Source: Chlamydiia bacterium
Lineage (GTDB): Bacteria; Chlamydiota; Chlamydiia; Chlamydiales; JBMOFD01
NCBI GenBank assembly: GCA_049314435.1
Contig: JBMOFD010000028.1
Span: 1 to 22,099 of the forward strand
DNA length: 22,099 nt
Direction: 5' to 3'
The notes under the pieces were generated by a model. The model was not told where the DNA came from, did not search any database, and saw nothing but the letters and a program-made list of their open reading frames with translations. Every line of letters starts with the position of its first letter. Positions within the stretch are counted from its first letter, which is position 1. A program made the position numbers and the translations under genes. Below, piece by piece: positions 1 through 8,396 of the stretch.

Positions 1-3000
1 GTCCGCTTGGTCATACAGCTCCTCAATCCGATCGAAGACGGCAAACACAGAGTCTCTTGCCCCATCGCAAAGCGGTTCATCGGCCCCCGGATGAACTGCC
101 TCCAGATGCAGCTCCGAAAGATATCCAAACATGGCCATCGAACCTATGGGATCGAGCGTCCAATAGAATAGACCCAACAAAAATAGTTCCTTCTGTTGCC
201 TCGCTGAATGAACCTCCGACAGAACGGAAGCGTAGGCTCCCTGCAGCTTGAGCATGCTCGCATGCGTACCGTCAGGGTTCCAATCGTCGGGTGTGATCTC
301 CTTCAGGTGTTTCATGTGCTTCAATTTAGCCATAGCCTCTCGCGCGGTGATGAGATGATGGGCGATGCCGCCCATGACGTGTGTGTCCGATGAGCATGGC
401 CTATGACCCTCCTGTTCATGACGCATGGCATCGCAACAAGCCGCCGTGATCTCCTCAACAATGTCATTACAGCGATCGTAATTGGAGGGCTTGTTCACGA
501 GCCATGGTCTACATTCGGGAGTCCACAAGTAGTCCCCGAAGCGATTTAGAGTCCACTTGGCAAAGAAGAGCGTGAGATTTTCAAGACGCTCTCCTTGGGA
601 AATTCGCCACTTCATATATGGAATGATGAGTCCTTCGGCAAGGTTAGCGAGGTCTTTGGCGAGCTCCACCCACGACAGACTCAAATTAAATAGCCCGTTA
701 CCTCTGGTCTGTTCGATGACATGGCACATGGTGCGGTCTAGCATTGCATCGGCACCCAAAAAGCACTCCGACGCCTTGGTGATGGGGTGCCCCAGCGCTA
801 GTTCTATGAGAAAGCCCAGTGCGAGGGTGGCCCTGTGCATCGCCCGGGGGGCCTGGTCCATCTCTGATATCCGCATCTCCTTGAACCGATGACACAAGAA
901 CGAGAATGCATACGTAAGAGCCTGTTTCGATAGAGGTCTATCAGCAGCAAGGTAGGTGAACTTAAGGTCCGCCGTATTCTCTGGACTTTTGATGTAGTCC
1001 ATGAGCTCATGAATGAGTAGGCCGGCTTCTGCTAGGACGACGTCTATTTCAGAAGACCTAGATGGCGAAGCCAACAGCCACCCGACTTTCGCTCTTACCG
1101 TAGCTACCCACTCCTCCACTTGGCCATCATGTCGCTGCCAATCCCGTGTGAATGGGATGCCCGCCAAGTTATAGCACAAATGAACAGCCCATGGATGGTT
1201 ACTATGCGTGATAATATGTCCCCCGTGCTCATGGAGAGCATGGAGCATGCTAGGCAGAGCCCGTGACGGCCAGAAGGGCAATAGGAACACAGGTGCGGTC
1301 CACAGCTCACCGGCACCCTTAATCAAATTGAGCTTGGGGTCAACGCGAAGCACTTCCATCACGACTTGTACAACCGACTCGGGAAGTCTAGGGAAGATTC
1401 TTCCCTCGCGGACTTGTGCAAGGCTCACCTTCTCTAGGGAAGTGGCCACCGCCCACAAGGAAACCAGGTGGTGCAGGACCTGTAACTCGTCTATTTTGCC
1501 TCGTGCCGATGGAAGGAGTTGTTCTAGTAGCGGAGGCAGGTTCGCCACTGGAGGGCAGCATCGTGCGTCCCACACGAAGCGCATCAACCACGCCCTAAGG
1601 AGGCTCGGATCGATCCAATCAAAGCAGCCGGGACGAGGGTCGTTCTGACGTAGGGTCTGCAATATCTGTAAGATCGACAACGAGAGCACATGGGTCAGCT
1701 GATACTCTCGTGATATGCGCTCCTCAGCCGTTATGCCCTCAGGGCCCCAAGAGTTCTCCCCCCCTTCAACCGCTAGCCACTCCGCTGCCGTCGCTTTGGT
1801 CTCGAGCGTTAGAGGTTTCCCCATCTCGATGATCGTGGTTCTAACAGAACACGAGAGTTCCGGGGAAAGTCGAAGGAACAAGCTCTCTAAGTCGGGCACA
1901 TCGATCATGAACTGACGCCACGCCCTCAAGTCGGTCGTCAGTGAAGGATGGCCTTGCTTCAGCATAAGCGGGATGAGGCGGCTCACCACCTCTCGACAAT
2001 GGGGGATCATCGACTCACCCATCTCATCGAACAATTGCTCGTTCCGCTGACAAGCCGCAAATAGCAAAGCAAACACGCCAGCCGGGATGAGTTCTGGACG
2101 CACTTTCTGGAAGCATTGTCGGACTATAGTCACCAAGTAATACTCCACCACTCTAGATTCTCTGGGGAAGTCGCTGTTGATGCGAGGGATGATGCTCAGA
2201 CCTTGCCTGAGACAGTCGCTCATCAAGTCTCGAAGAGCTGGAACGAGCTGGTCCAGACCCAAGGTCAGCAATCGCTCAGTCAAAAGGCTAATCACCGTGA
2301 ACTGGATTGCCCATCCTATGTGCTTGCGGGGGGCGGCGAGACCTAGCAGCTCTCTCGCCAAGAGGCTAGCGCTCTCGGAATCCAGATGAAGGAGCAGAGC
2401 TTCTTGGTGGCTGGTCAAATCTTGCAACCGCTCAACCTTCCCTGGAGAGCCACCTATCCAGGAGCTAGCGGCGTCTCCCGATATAGCAAACAGAAGAATC
2501 CCGGAAACGGGATCTAAGCGACTCAGCTTCTCGCTGCATTCGAGAGCTTGCTTGGGCACGGCGCCCACGCCACTGGCTCCAGACTCCCCTCTCCTTAATC
2601 GTCTTCCAAGCGCGTTTCGGATATGAGGCCAGTCGACCGCATGACACACTCCGTCGACACGTGAGATCCTTTGCACAAAGAAGATCAGGTCTTCCAAAAA
2701 GTCGAGAGAGTGGCTCGCGAGCAGAGAGAGGCTGTGAGCCAGCTCTGCAGGAGCGCGTCCCGCCGTATCCATCCTGAAGCTCCTGGCACACCAGGTCGCA
2801 TGATAGGATTGCGGATCGGCACACTTGGACACCCGCCCATCAAGAAGGCGGCAAACGCTCTTTGGAAAGTCACGCCCTTCATGGACCTTCAGGACAGCCT
2901 CAGCAAGCTTGAAGCAGTCCTCCTCTTTCCTTTGCACCATCTGCGCTAACAGAGGTTCTAGTTGCCTGAGCTGTCCAGCTGAGGGAAGTTCTGACTTGGC

Positions 3001-6000
3001 AACTCGTAACATGAATCGATTCCACAGTTCATCGAGGAGCTCCTCTATCTCCGGAGAAGGGCGGAGATCTTCCACAGGCGCGGTGCTCGTGCCGGGGCCC
3101 GCAGGCGCTCCCCATCGCGCACGAGCAAGGAACACGAAGGCATTCACGAGACCAGCTAAAGGCTCCTTATCCAGATCAAGGCCGTTGTGGACCATCCAGC
3201 ACAGGGCCACAGCATGCTGACCTGTTCCCTGTTCTGCCAGCTGTTCGCCTACCTCCTCATAGACTCGGGACAGAAGAGGCGCTACGGTATTCCCTTTGAG
3301 TGCCTCGTGCCAAAAGGAGAACCAAAGCGGGCGATCCAGAAGGACTCTTTTAGAGAGATCTTGCTTAGTGGGGCTCTGGGGTCCTCTGGCCTTTCCCTTC
3401 GATTGGCTCAAAGCCTTGCAAATCTGATCACAGAGGCGACCTGGAATCCCCTCCTCCACCCCAAGGGATGGATCCCAGTTCATCACATCGAACAGGGAGG
3501 CGGCTTGATCGACGGAGAGCTCTGCTCGGCTGAGCAGAGAGCAGAGGCGCAGCCGCAATGAGACCTCTCCATCCCGGATAGCAGGCATCCGCAATAGGTT
3601 AAGCAGCTCGATTGGAGATAGCTGTTCAAAGCAAACTCTGCCAAGGAACGTCCTGACGACCGCCATCAGCTGGTCTCTGATCTCAGGATGTTTCTCTAGT
3701 TCGGGCGACATGAGCTCCGGGAATGCCGCGATCTCCGCAATTTCTCGAGCTTGCACACGCAACCGGTCGGACTCCCCCCACTTGCTCATAAGAGTCTCGA
3801 TAGCTGGCAGCCAAAACTCCGCGGGTAAGCGGCAGTGCGTACAGAGCGCCTTGATCAAGGAAACCGGCCTGCATGCTGGATGCATCCCAATCACATGCAC
3901 TCCATGAGAATACAGATCTGGACTGTCCTTGAGTGGACCTTCGATCAGCGTCTGCAACAGAACCGCTGCGCGATCGCGCTGCCCTTCCGCCGGTAGATCG
4001 TCCGTCACGAGGCCCCTTAACTCCGCTGGCGCCTGTTCGGGCCACGCGCACTGCGCATAGAGATGGGGCAGCAGTAGACCCCTGTTAACAAGGAGCTGCA
4101 TCCAGCGATGCTGTGATGGGATGCGTGCTGACAAAGCAGACTGTACTGCTATATCCCATACAGCCACAGCGATCTCGTCAGAGATCGGCGGGTTCGATGA
4201 CCACAACGTCTGCGCTGCTTCTACGGCTTCACGTACGCTGCGCCCTTGATGGCGATTTCCCGATTCGGGAAGACGGAGAAGGCGGAGATGGGCCATAAGC
4301 AGACGCTGCATGGCGCGCTGCATCCCGGGGGGAACCAGGGCGGCCATTCGCTCAACAACGGCACCTCTCGCGGCTGAATCTTGGCGCGCTAGGGAGGGGA
4401 GAACCTGGAGAGCTTCGAGGAGCTCCGGTTGCGTGGGCTGCGATCGGACCAGCCCGTCCCAGAGGAGAGCGGAACACTCCTCTTCCTCTCCCAGCTGAGC
4501 GAGCAGCTCGACAGCGAGCGCGCCTGACATTCCAGCAAGATCCGAACTGAGCAGCAGCTTTCGAACCATGGGGAGGATCGCGCAAGCCTTCTCTGGCATG
4601 GCTTTGATTATCTCCAGCATACGCTGCATAGTGGCGTGGACGTGCGCCGAGCGGCAATCTGGGTGTGGATGACGTGCTAAAGAATGGGCCCAGTCCACAA
4701 AGTGGGGATACCACTCTGTGAACAGAGTCGGGTCCGATTGAAGGACACGGCGAGTGATTGCATCCAGGTTGTCACGGGGGCTTCCCGATAGGTCTCCGTT
4801 GAGGAAGACCTTTAGATCTTCTGGGATCTGTTCGGGCCACTGGCAACCTGCCTGTACTTCCGGGGCTAAGAGGATCTGATTGATGCGCAGCTGCATCCAT
4901 TGGGCCGGGGATGAGCGGCTGGGTCCCGTCAGAACCTGCAACATCATGTCCCACGTACCTCGAGCAAGCTCCCCAGATGTAGACGGAGAGAGCCAGATCT
5001 GTTGCGCCACATCCAAAGCTTTCTGGACGATCTTCTGTTGCCACTTAGGGTCTGCGTTTCGGTTTTGGATCAGATGGAGGCGAGCCTCCATCAGCCGATG
5101 AAGCAGCTGGCATGCCCGCGGATCTCCTCCAGCGAGATGCTGCAGCACCCCTTGCACCATAGATGGATCCTGATCAGCCAACGACGAGAGGTGCCGAGAA
5201 GAGTGAAGAAGGTCAAAGAGCGCCGCAGCAGATGGAGCATCCTGTGAGTGTTGTTGGTTAAGCGCTCTCCACAGGAGGTTCACACTTCTTGGATCATCAT
5301 GTAGATATTCCAACAGCCAGATCAGATCATGTGCAGGCAGAGCGGACAGCTCTAGATCGCACAATAGAGACCGCATCTCTCGGAGAATGGCCGGCGCTGC
5401 GGACGGCGACGCCCTAAGAGTGGCCAAAAGGATCTTAGGGAACTCGCCCGCGATCTCTGCCACCTCGGGGTATAGATGTCGTAGGCTGTTCAGTTGAGCG
5501 AGCCACGTCGGCAGGTCAGCTGGCCGACTGCGGATCAGCTCCCTGGTCCATTGCGCCATATCTCTGCCAGGAGACTCCCCCACCAAGCCCCTCTGCGAGG
5601 TTCTGGATCGTCCCTGCTCCAACAGGATCTCCATCTTCTTAGACCTGGCTCGCCAGCATTTCAGCATGGCCTGATGAGGCCGGAGCATGAGCGCGCCTGC
5701 TTCCAGGCAACACAGGTGCTCAGCCGACACCGCTTGCGTATGACTCATGAGATATGCTTGCAGCTGCCACGCTGTCGTAGCCAGCAGCCTGCTTCTAGGC
5801 ACTGGCAGTGGGCTGTGGAGCCAGTGGGCATGCTCGCCTCGCCAAACCTTTTCTAGGTGTGTCAGCGTCTCATCTACATCTTGAGCTGTCCATACGGTAC
5901 GGATCTCGCCTTCCGGGAGGCACCCAACCTCCTGCAGCCAAGACTGAAGAAGCTGTAGGTCGACGGTTTCGAGAACCTCGTCTAAGACGTTCGAAGAGAG

Positions 6001-7602
6001 GGAGGCCCTATCTCCATCAGACGCTTGAAACTTCTCGTCACCTCGGATCGGCTGCATCAGCCATGCGAGAAAGCGACCCGCATCCCCTGCGGTCTTCAGA
6101 ATCGCGCCTGTCATGCTATCTAGCCGAGGTCTATCGACTTGGTCGAACGTCTGACCTTGCTCGTGAATCTCTAATAGCCGATGAGCCAGCGGATTTTTCT
6201 CCCGCCATGCGGATAAAAAGGTTAGCAGCTGTCCGCAGGAGCCGAGAATCCCGGGTGCGTAGTTTCGTTGGAAGATGCTAGCCGTGAGAGTCGTTCCGAG
6301 GGTATCTTCTGTGAACACCCTCATATCGAGTAGTTCGTATCGCCCTTTCCACTTAAGCCAGCTCCTCCAAGACACGGGCTGACCATCCGGTCCAATGAGT
6401 AGCGCATCCTCCAAGAAGGGAGACAAGATCGCCATCATGGCTTGGAAGCCAAATGGCGAGGCCGAACCCAGCTTGTGCCTCATCGTACGCAGCTCGCCCA
6501 CAATCCCAGTCGGCTCACCAAATTCTGGATCACTTACATGAGGAAATAGCTGAACCACTTGGCAACGAGCCGATGGCCACCAGGTGGCCGTCTGGTTTTG
6601 CCTTGCCCATCGTTCCGCAGCATGAGCCTCCATCCCCTTGGCCAAGCTGGCACGCCAGTCGAACACCTCACCTAATGGCTTCGAGCTACTGTCAGGGACT
6701 GGATACCAACGCTGGCGACCGGGACGAACGCTCATCTTGATGCTTCGCAGACAACCCTCGCGCACCGACTTCAGGTCTGGGATCAGCAAGGTGCGATCCA
6801 CATAGTGGCGTACGCTCTCCCCCGGGGATCGTCCCTGAGCCATGCAGACACCCCGCATTGCAGGGGGATGCAGGGTAAGATAGAAATTGTCCCCCTCCCC
6901 GAAAAAGAGGCGGTTGTGACCGAGTGTAATATGCAGAGTGAATGAGGCTTCATGGCCTTGTTCATCGGTCACCGGCACCTCATAGAAGGCAAAGATAATT
7001 CCTGCCTCTAGCTGCGGTGGGGTGCTTTGGTACCTTTTGGGGCCCGTATCTTTCGCTGTCCAGACTGAATCGGGAATCCCAAATGCCTCGGCTATCGCCA
7101 AATGCAGCGCCGTGAAGCAGCTCTCCCAGTCCCCATGTCGCCATGGTGGGCGCGTAAGCCCACTTAGGTATACGCAATGATCCAGATCGTTATATCGTTC
7201 GAGTCCAATCTGATCATCGGAGAGCCTTTCTTCAGATCGTGTAATGAGGTCATGATGGGTGCTTCCACTGCCCATGACCGGGATCTCGTTCTCGGAAAGA
7301 TCCAGAGCTTTGGCAATGGCGCGACCGCTCGTTGCAATCAGCTGGCCCCTATTAAAGGGTTTCATCATATGGGGGGATCGGATGGGAAGGTCATCCAACC
7401 GAGCTAATCGTCGCTGCGTCCTCTTCTCCCACGCCTGAGGACTCATCTGCAGGACCTGGGCAATCTCCTCCGATGTGCCGCACTGCAGGACAAGCTCATG
7501 AGCCATCTCGTGACGCTCGGAGCTCTCTCCATCTGAGGCACGCTGGTCCCAACCCGCCAAATTCCTTGCCCTGCCTGGTTCCGCACCGACCCGATTACTC
7601 AT
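1..7602 (-). CDS. Giant protein A (>=2534 aa, 3'-partial): N-terminal TENT5/FAM46-like nucleotidyltransferase domain plus long predicted helical region with an internal 265-aa duplication
   Basis: Hand translation of the minus strand from ATG at 7602 (first start after an in-frame TGA; AAGGGA 8 nt upstream) gives MSNRVGAEPGRARNLAGWDQ... and stays open to base 1 (...VFDRIEELYDQAD). It is missing from the ORF track because no stop lies in the window. Contains VMGSGSTHH (G113-S114) and YNDLDHCVYL (D139/D141). Shares collinear blocks with the 2620-aa ORF, e.g. WEKRTQRRL/WEERTQRRL, WWPSARCQVVQLFPH/WWPVARTQLIQLFPH, PLWFSFWHEA/PLWFPYWCEA, HAVALCW/HAVALCW, IDPSLLRAWLMRFVWD/IDPRLLKRWLHLFVWE. Confidence 0.9.
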   Translation of the reverse strand, partial: MSNRVGAEPGRARNLAGWDQRASDGESSERHEMAHELVLQCGTSEEIAQVLQMSPQAWEKRTQRRLARLDDLPIRSPHMMKPFNRGQLIATSGRAIAKALDLSENEIPVMGSGSTHHDLITRSEERLSDDQIGLERYNDLDHCVYLSGLTRPPWRHGDWESCFTALHLAIAEAFGIPDSVWTAKDTGPKRYQSTPPQLEAGIIFAFYEVPVTDEQGHEASFTLHITLGHNRLFFGEGDNFYLTLHPPAMRGVCMAQGRSPGESVRHYVDRTLLIPDLKSVREGCLRSIKMSVRPGRQRWYPVPDSSSKPLGEVFDWRASLAKGMEAHAAERWARQNQTATWWPSARCQVVQLFPHVSDPEFGEPTGIVGELRTMRHKLGSASPFGFQAMMAILSPFLEDALLIGPDGQPVSWRSWLKWKGRYELLDMRVFTEDTLGTTLTASIFQRNYAPGILGSCGQLLTFLSAWREKNPLAHRLLEIHEQGQTFDQVDRPRLDSMTGAILKTAGDAGRFLAWLMQPIRGDEKFQASDGDRASLSSNVLDEVLETVDLQLLQSWLQEVGCLPEGEIRTVWTAQDVDETLTHLEKVWRGEHAHWLHSPLPVPRSRLLATTAWQLQAYLMSHTQAVSAEHLCCLEAGALMLRPHQAMLKCWRARSKKMEILLEQGRSRTSQRGLVGESPGRDMAQWTRELIRSRPADLPTWLAQLNSLRHLYPEVAEIAGEFPKILLATLRASPSAAPAILREMRSLLCDLELSALPAHDLIWLLEYLHDDPRSVNLLWRALNQQHSQDAPSAAALFDLLHSSRHLSSLADQDPSMVQGVLQHLAGGDPRACQLLHRLMEARLHLIQNRNADPKWQQKIVQKALDVAQQIWLSPSTSGELARGTWDMMLQVLTGPSRSSPAQWMQLRINQILLAPEVQAGCQWPEQIPEDLKVFLNGDLSGSPRDNLDAITRRVLQSDPTLFTEWYPHFVDWAHSLARHPHPDCRSAHVHATMQRMLEIIKAMPEKACAILPMVRKLLLSSDLAGMSGALAVELLAQLGEEEECSALLWDGLVRSQPTQPELLEALQVLPSLARQDSAARGAVVERMAALVPPGMQRAMQRLLMAHLRLLRLPESGNRHQGRSVREAVEAAQTLWSSNPPISDEIAVAVWDIAVQSALSARIPSQHRWMQLLVNRGLLLPHLYAQCAWPEQAPAELRGLVTDDLPAEGQRDRAAVLLQTLIEGPLKDSPDLYSHGVHVIGMHPACRPVSLIKALCTHCRLPAEFWLPAIETLMSKWGESDRLRVQAREIAEIAAFPELMSPELEKHPEIRDQLMAVVRTFLGRVCFEQLSPIELLNLLRMPAIRDGEVSLRLRLCSLLSRAELSVDQAASLFDVMNWDPSLGVEEGIPGRLCDQICKALSQSKGKARGPQSPTKQDLSKRVLLDRPLWFSFWHEALKGNTVAPLLSRVYEEVGEQLAEQGTGQHAVALCWMVHNGLDLDKEPLAGLVNAFVFLARARWGAPAGPGTSTAPVEDLRPSPEIEELLDELWNRFMLRVAKSELPSAGQLRQLEPLLAQMVQRKEEDCFKLAEAVLKVHEGRDFPKSVCRLLDGRVSKCADPQSYHATWCARSFRMDTAGRAPAELAHSLSLLASHSLDFLEDLIFFVQRISRVDGVCHAVDWPHIRNALGRRLRRGESGASGVGAVPKQALECSEKLSRLDPVSGILLFAISGDAASSWIGGSPGKVERLQDLTSHQEALLLHLDSESASLLARELLGLAAPRKHIGWAIQFTVISLLTERLLTLGLDQLVPALRDLMSDCLRQGLSIIPRINSDFPRESRVVEYYLVTIVRQCFQKVRPELIPAGVFALLFAACQRNEQLFDEMGESMIPHCREVVSRLIPLMLKQGHPSLTTDLRAWRQFMIDVPDLESLFLRLSPELSCSVRTTIIEMGKPLTLETKATAAEWLAVEGGENSWGPEGITAEERISREYQLTHVLSLSILQILQTLRQNDPRPGCFDWIDPSLLRAWLMRFVWDARCCPPVANLPPLLEQLLPSARGKIDELQVLHHLVSLWAVATSLEKVSLAQVREGRIFPRLPESVVQVVMEVLRVDPKLNLIKGAGELWTAPVFLLPFWPSRALPSMLHALHEHGGHIITHSNHPWAVHLCYNLAGIPFTRDWQRHDGQVEEWVATVRAKVGWLLASPSRSSEIDVVLAEAGLLIHELMDYIKSPENTADLKFTYLAADRPLSKQALTYAFSFLCHRFKEMRISEMDQAPRAMHRATLALGFLIELALGHPITKASECFLGADAMLDRTMCHVIEQTRGNGLFNLSLSWVELAKDLANLAEGLIIPYMKWRISQGERLENLTLFFAKWTLNRFGDYLWTPECRPWLVNKPSNYDRCNDIVEEITAACCDAMRHEQEGHRPCSSDTHVMGGIAHHLITAREAMAKLKHMKHLKEITPDDWNPDGTHASMLKLQGAYASVLSEVHSARQQKELFLLGLFYWTLDPIGSMAMFGYLSELHLEAVHPGADEPLCDGARDSVFAVFDRIEELYDQAD
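3960..5541 (-). repeat. Intragenic tandem duplication of a ~265-aa module in giant protein A (boundaries approximate)
   Basis: Copy 1: VQKALDVAQQIW..TWDM..QWMQLRINQILLAPEVQAGCQWPEQIPEDL. Copy 2: VREAVEAAQTLW..VWDI..RWMQLLVNRGLLLPHLYAQCAWPEQAPAEL. The Trp codons of WMQL lie at 4897-4899 and 4102-4104, 795 nt apart. Confidence 0.85.
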
Positions 7603-7904
7603 CCAGTTTATCCCTTCGAATCAAACGCAGGAGGATTCCCAAGGATATCCTCCCGACTAGCTAATGGATGGATGGCCATCGTTCGCGCAATAAAAACTAA
7701 GCCACCAAACAGATAGTGAAACTCCAAACGAGGAACAAACACACCATGGGGCGCAAGATAATAACCTAGATGGAGCCCAAGCCTCAATGGAGAATGGGAA
7801 GATCTCCTCAGGCACACGCTTGAAGAAAAAACAGAGCCCACCAAAAGCGTTGCTCTCTCCATCAAAGAATTGCTAGATTGCGGTTTTGCTCAGCGGAGAA
7901 CGAA

Positions 7905-8396
7905 ATGCTCGCATGTCTCATCGTCATTCTAGCGGTCCTGACCGCCATCTATTGGAAAAGAAAAGACCCTGAACAGTGCTGGAAGGTGGCCTTTCTACGC
8001 GCCGGCCTTGTTTGGTGCATCGGGGTGCAAGGGGTCTTAGCCGCTATAGCCTACCAATACTTCCCTAATGACCTGGCGACCTGGCTAGGCTACTTCCATC
8101 CAGAAGCTCAGGACGGAGCGGCTCAAGCCATCATACAGGGTGGCGCTCTAGCGGTCGGCGTAGTAGGACTCCTTCATCTACGAAGGATCCGCAACCTGGA
8201 CACGAACTCAGCAGCCATCGCAGGGTTTGTCTTCTTTAATACGTATGTCGCGGGATACCTAACTCAAAACCCGCCTGAGGGATGGATTTCCATCACCCTA
8301 GCGTCTCTGGCGTGGACGACCTACTTCGTGGTTCCGCTTGTCTTGCTGGCTATTTCAGCGTGGATATCCTTCCAACAATGGCGATCAAAGTCCTAA
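7905..8396 (+). CDS. Small integral membrane protein (~163 aa, about 5 hydrophobic segments), possibly DUF6790-like
   Basis: Track ORF 7878..8396. ATG at 7905 is preferred because GGAG at 7895-7898 precedes it. Alternating hydrophobic stretches. The pattern CIGVQGVLAAIAYQYFPNDLATWLG..ALAVGVVGLL resembles DUF6790 as I recall it; unverified. Confidence 0.75.
   Translation: MLACLIVILAVLTAIYWKRKDPEQCWKVAFLRAGLVWCIGVQGVLAAIAYQYFPNDLATWLGYFHPEAQDGAAQAIIQGGALAVGVVGLLHLRRIRNLDTNSAAIAGFVFFNTYVAGYLTQNPPEGWISITLASLAWTTYFVVPLVLLAISAWISFQQWRSKS

Noticed and set aside
57..7664. Dozens of short (60-160 aa) ORFs in the track on both strands
   Set aside because: They overlap the continuous minus-strand frame 7602->1 and show no recognisable motifs; they are shadow ORFs.
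7608..7865. 85-aa minus-strand ORF ending 5 nt before the start of protein A
   Set aside because: It fills the divergent promoter gap, has no family signal, and is not in frame with A. No slippery site was seen to suggest a frameshifted extension.
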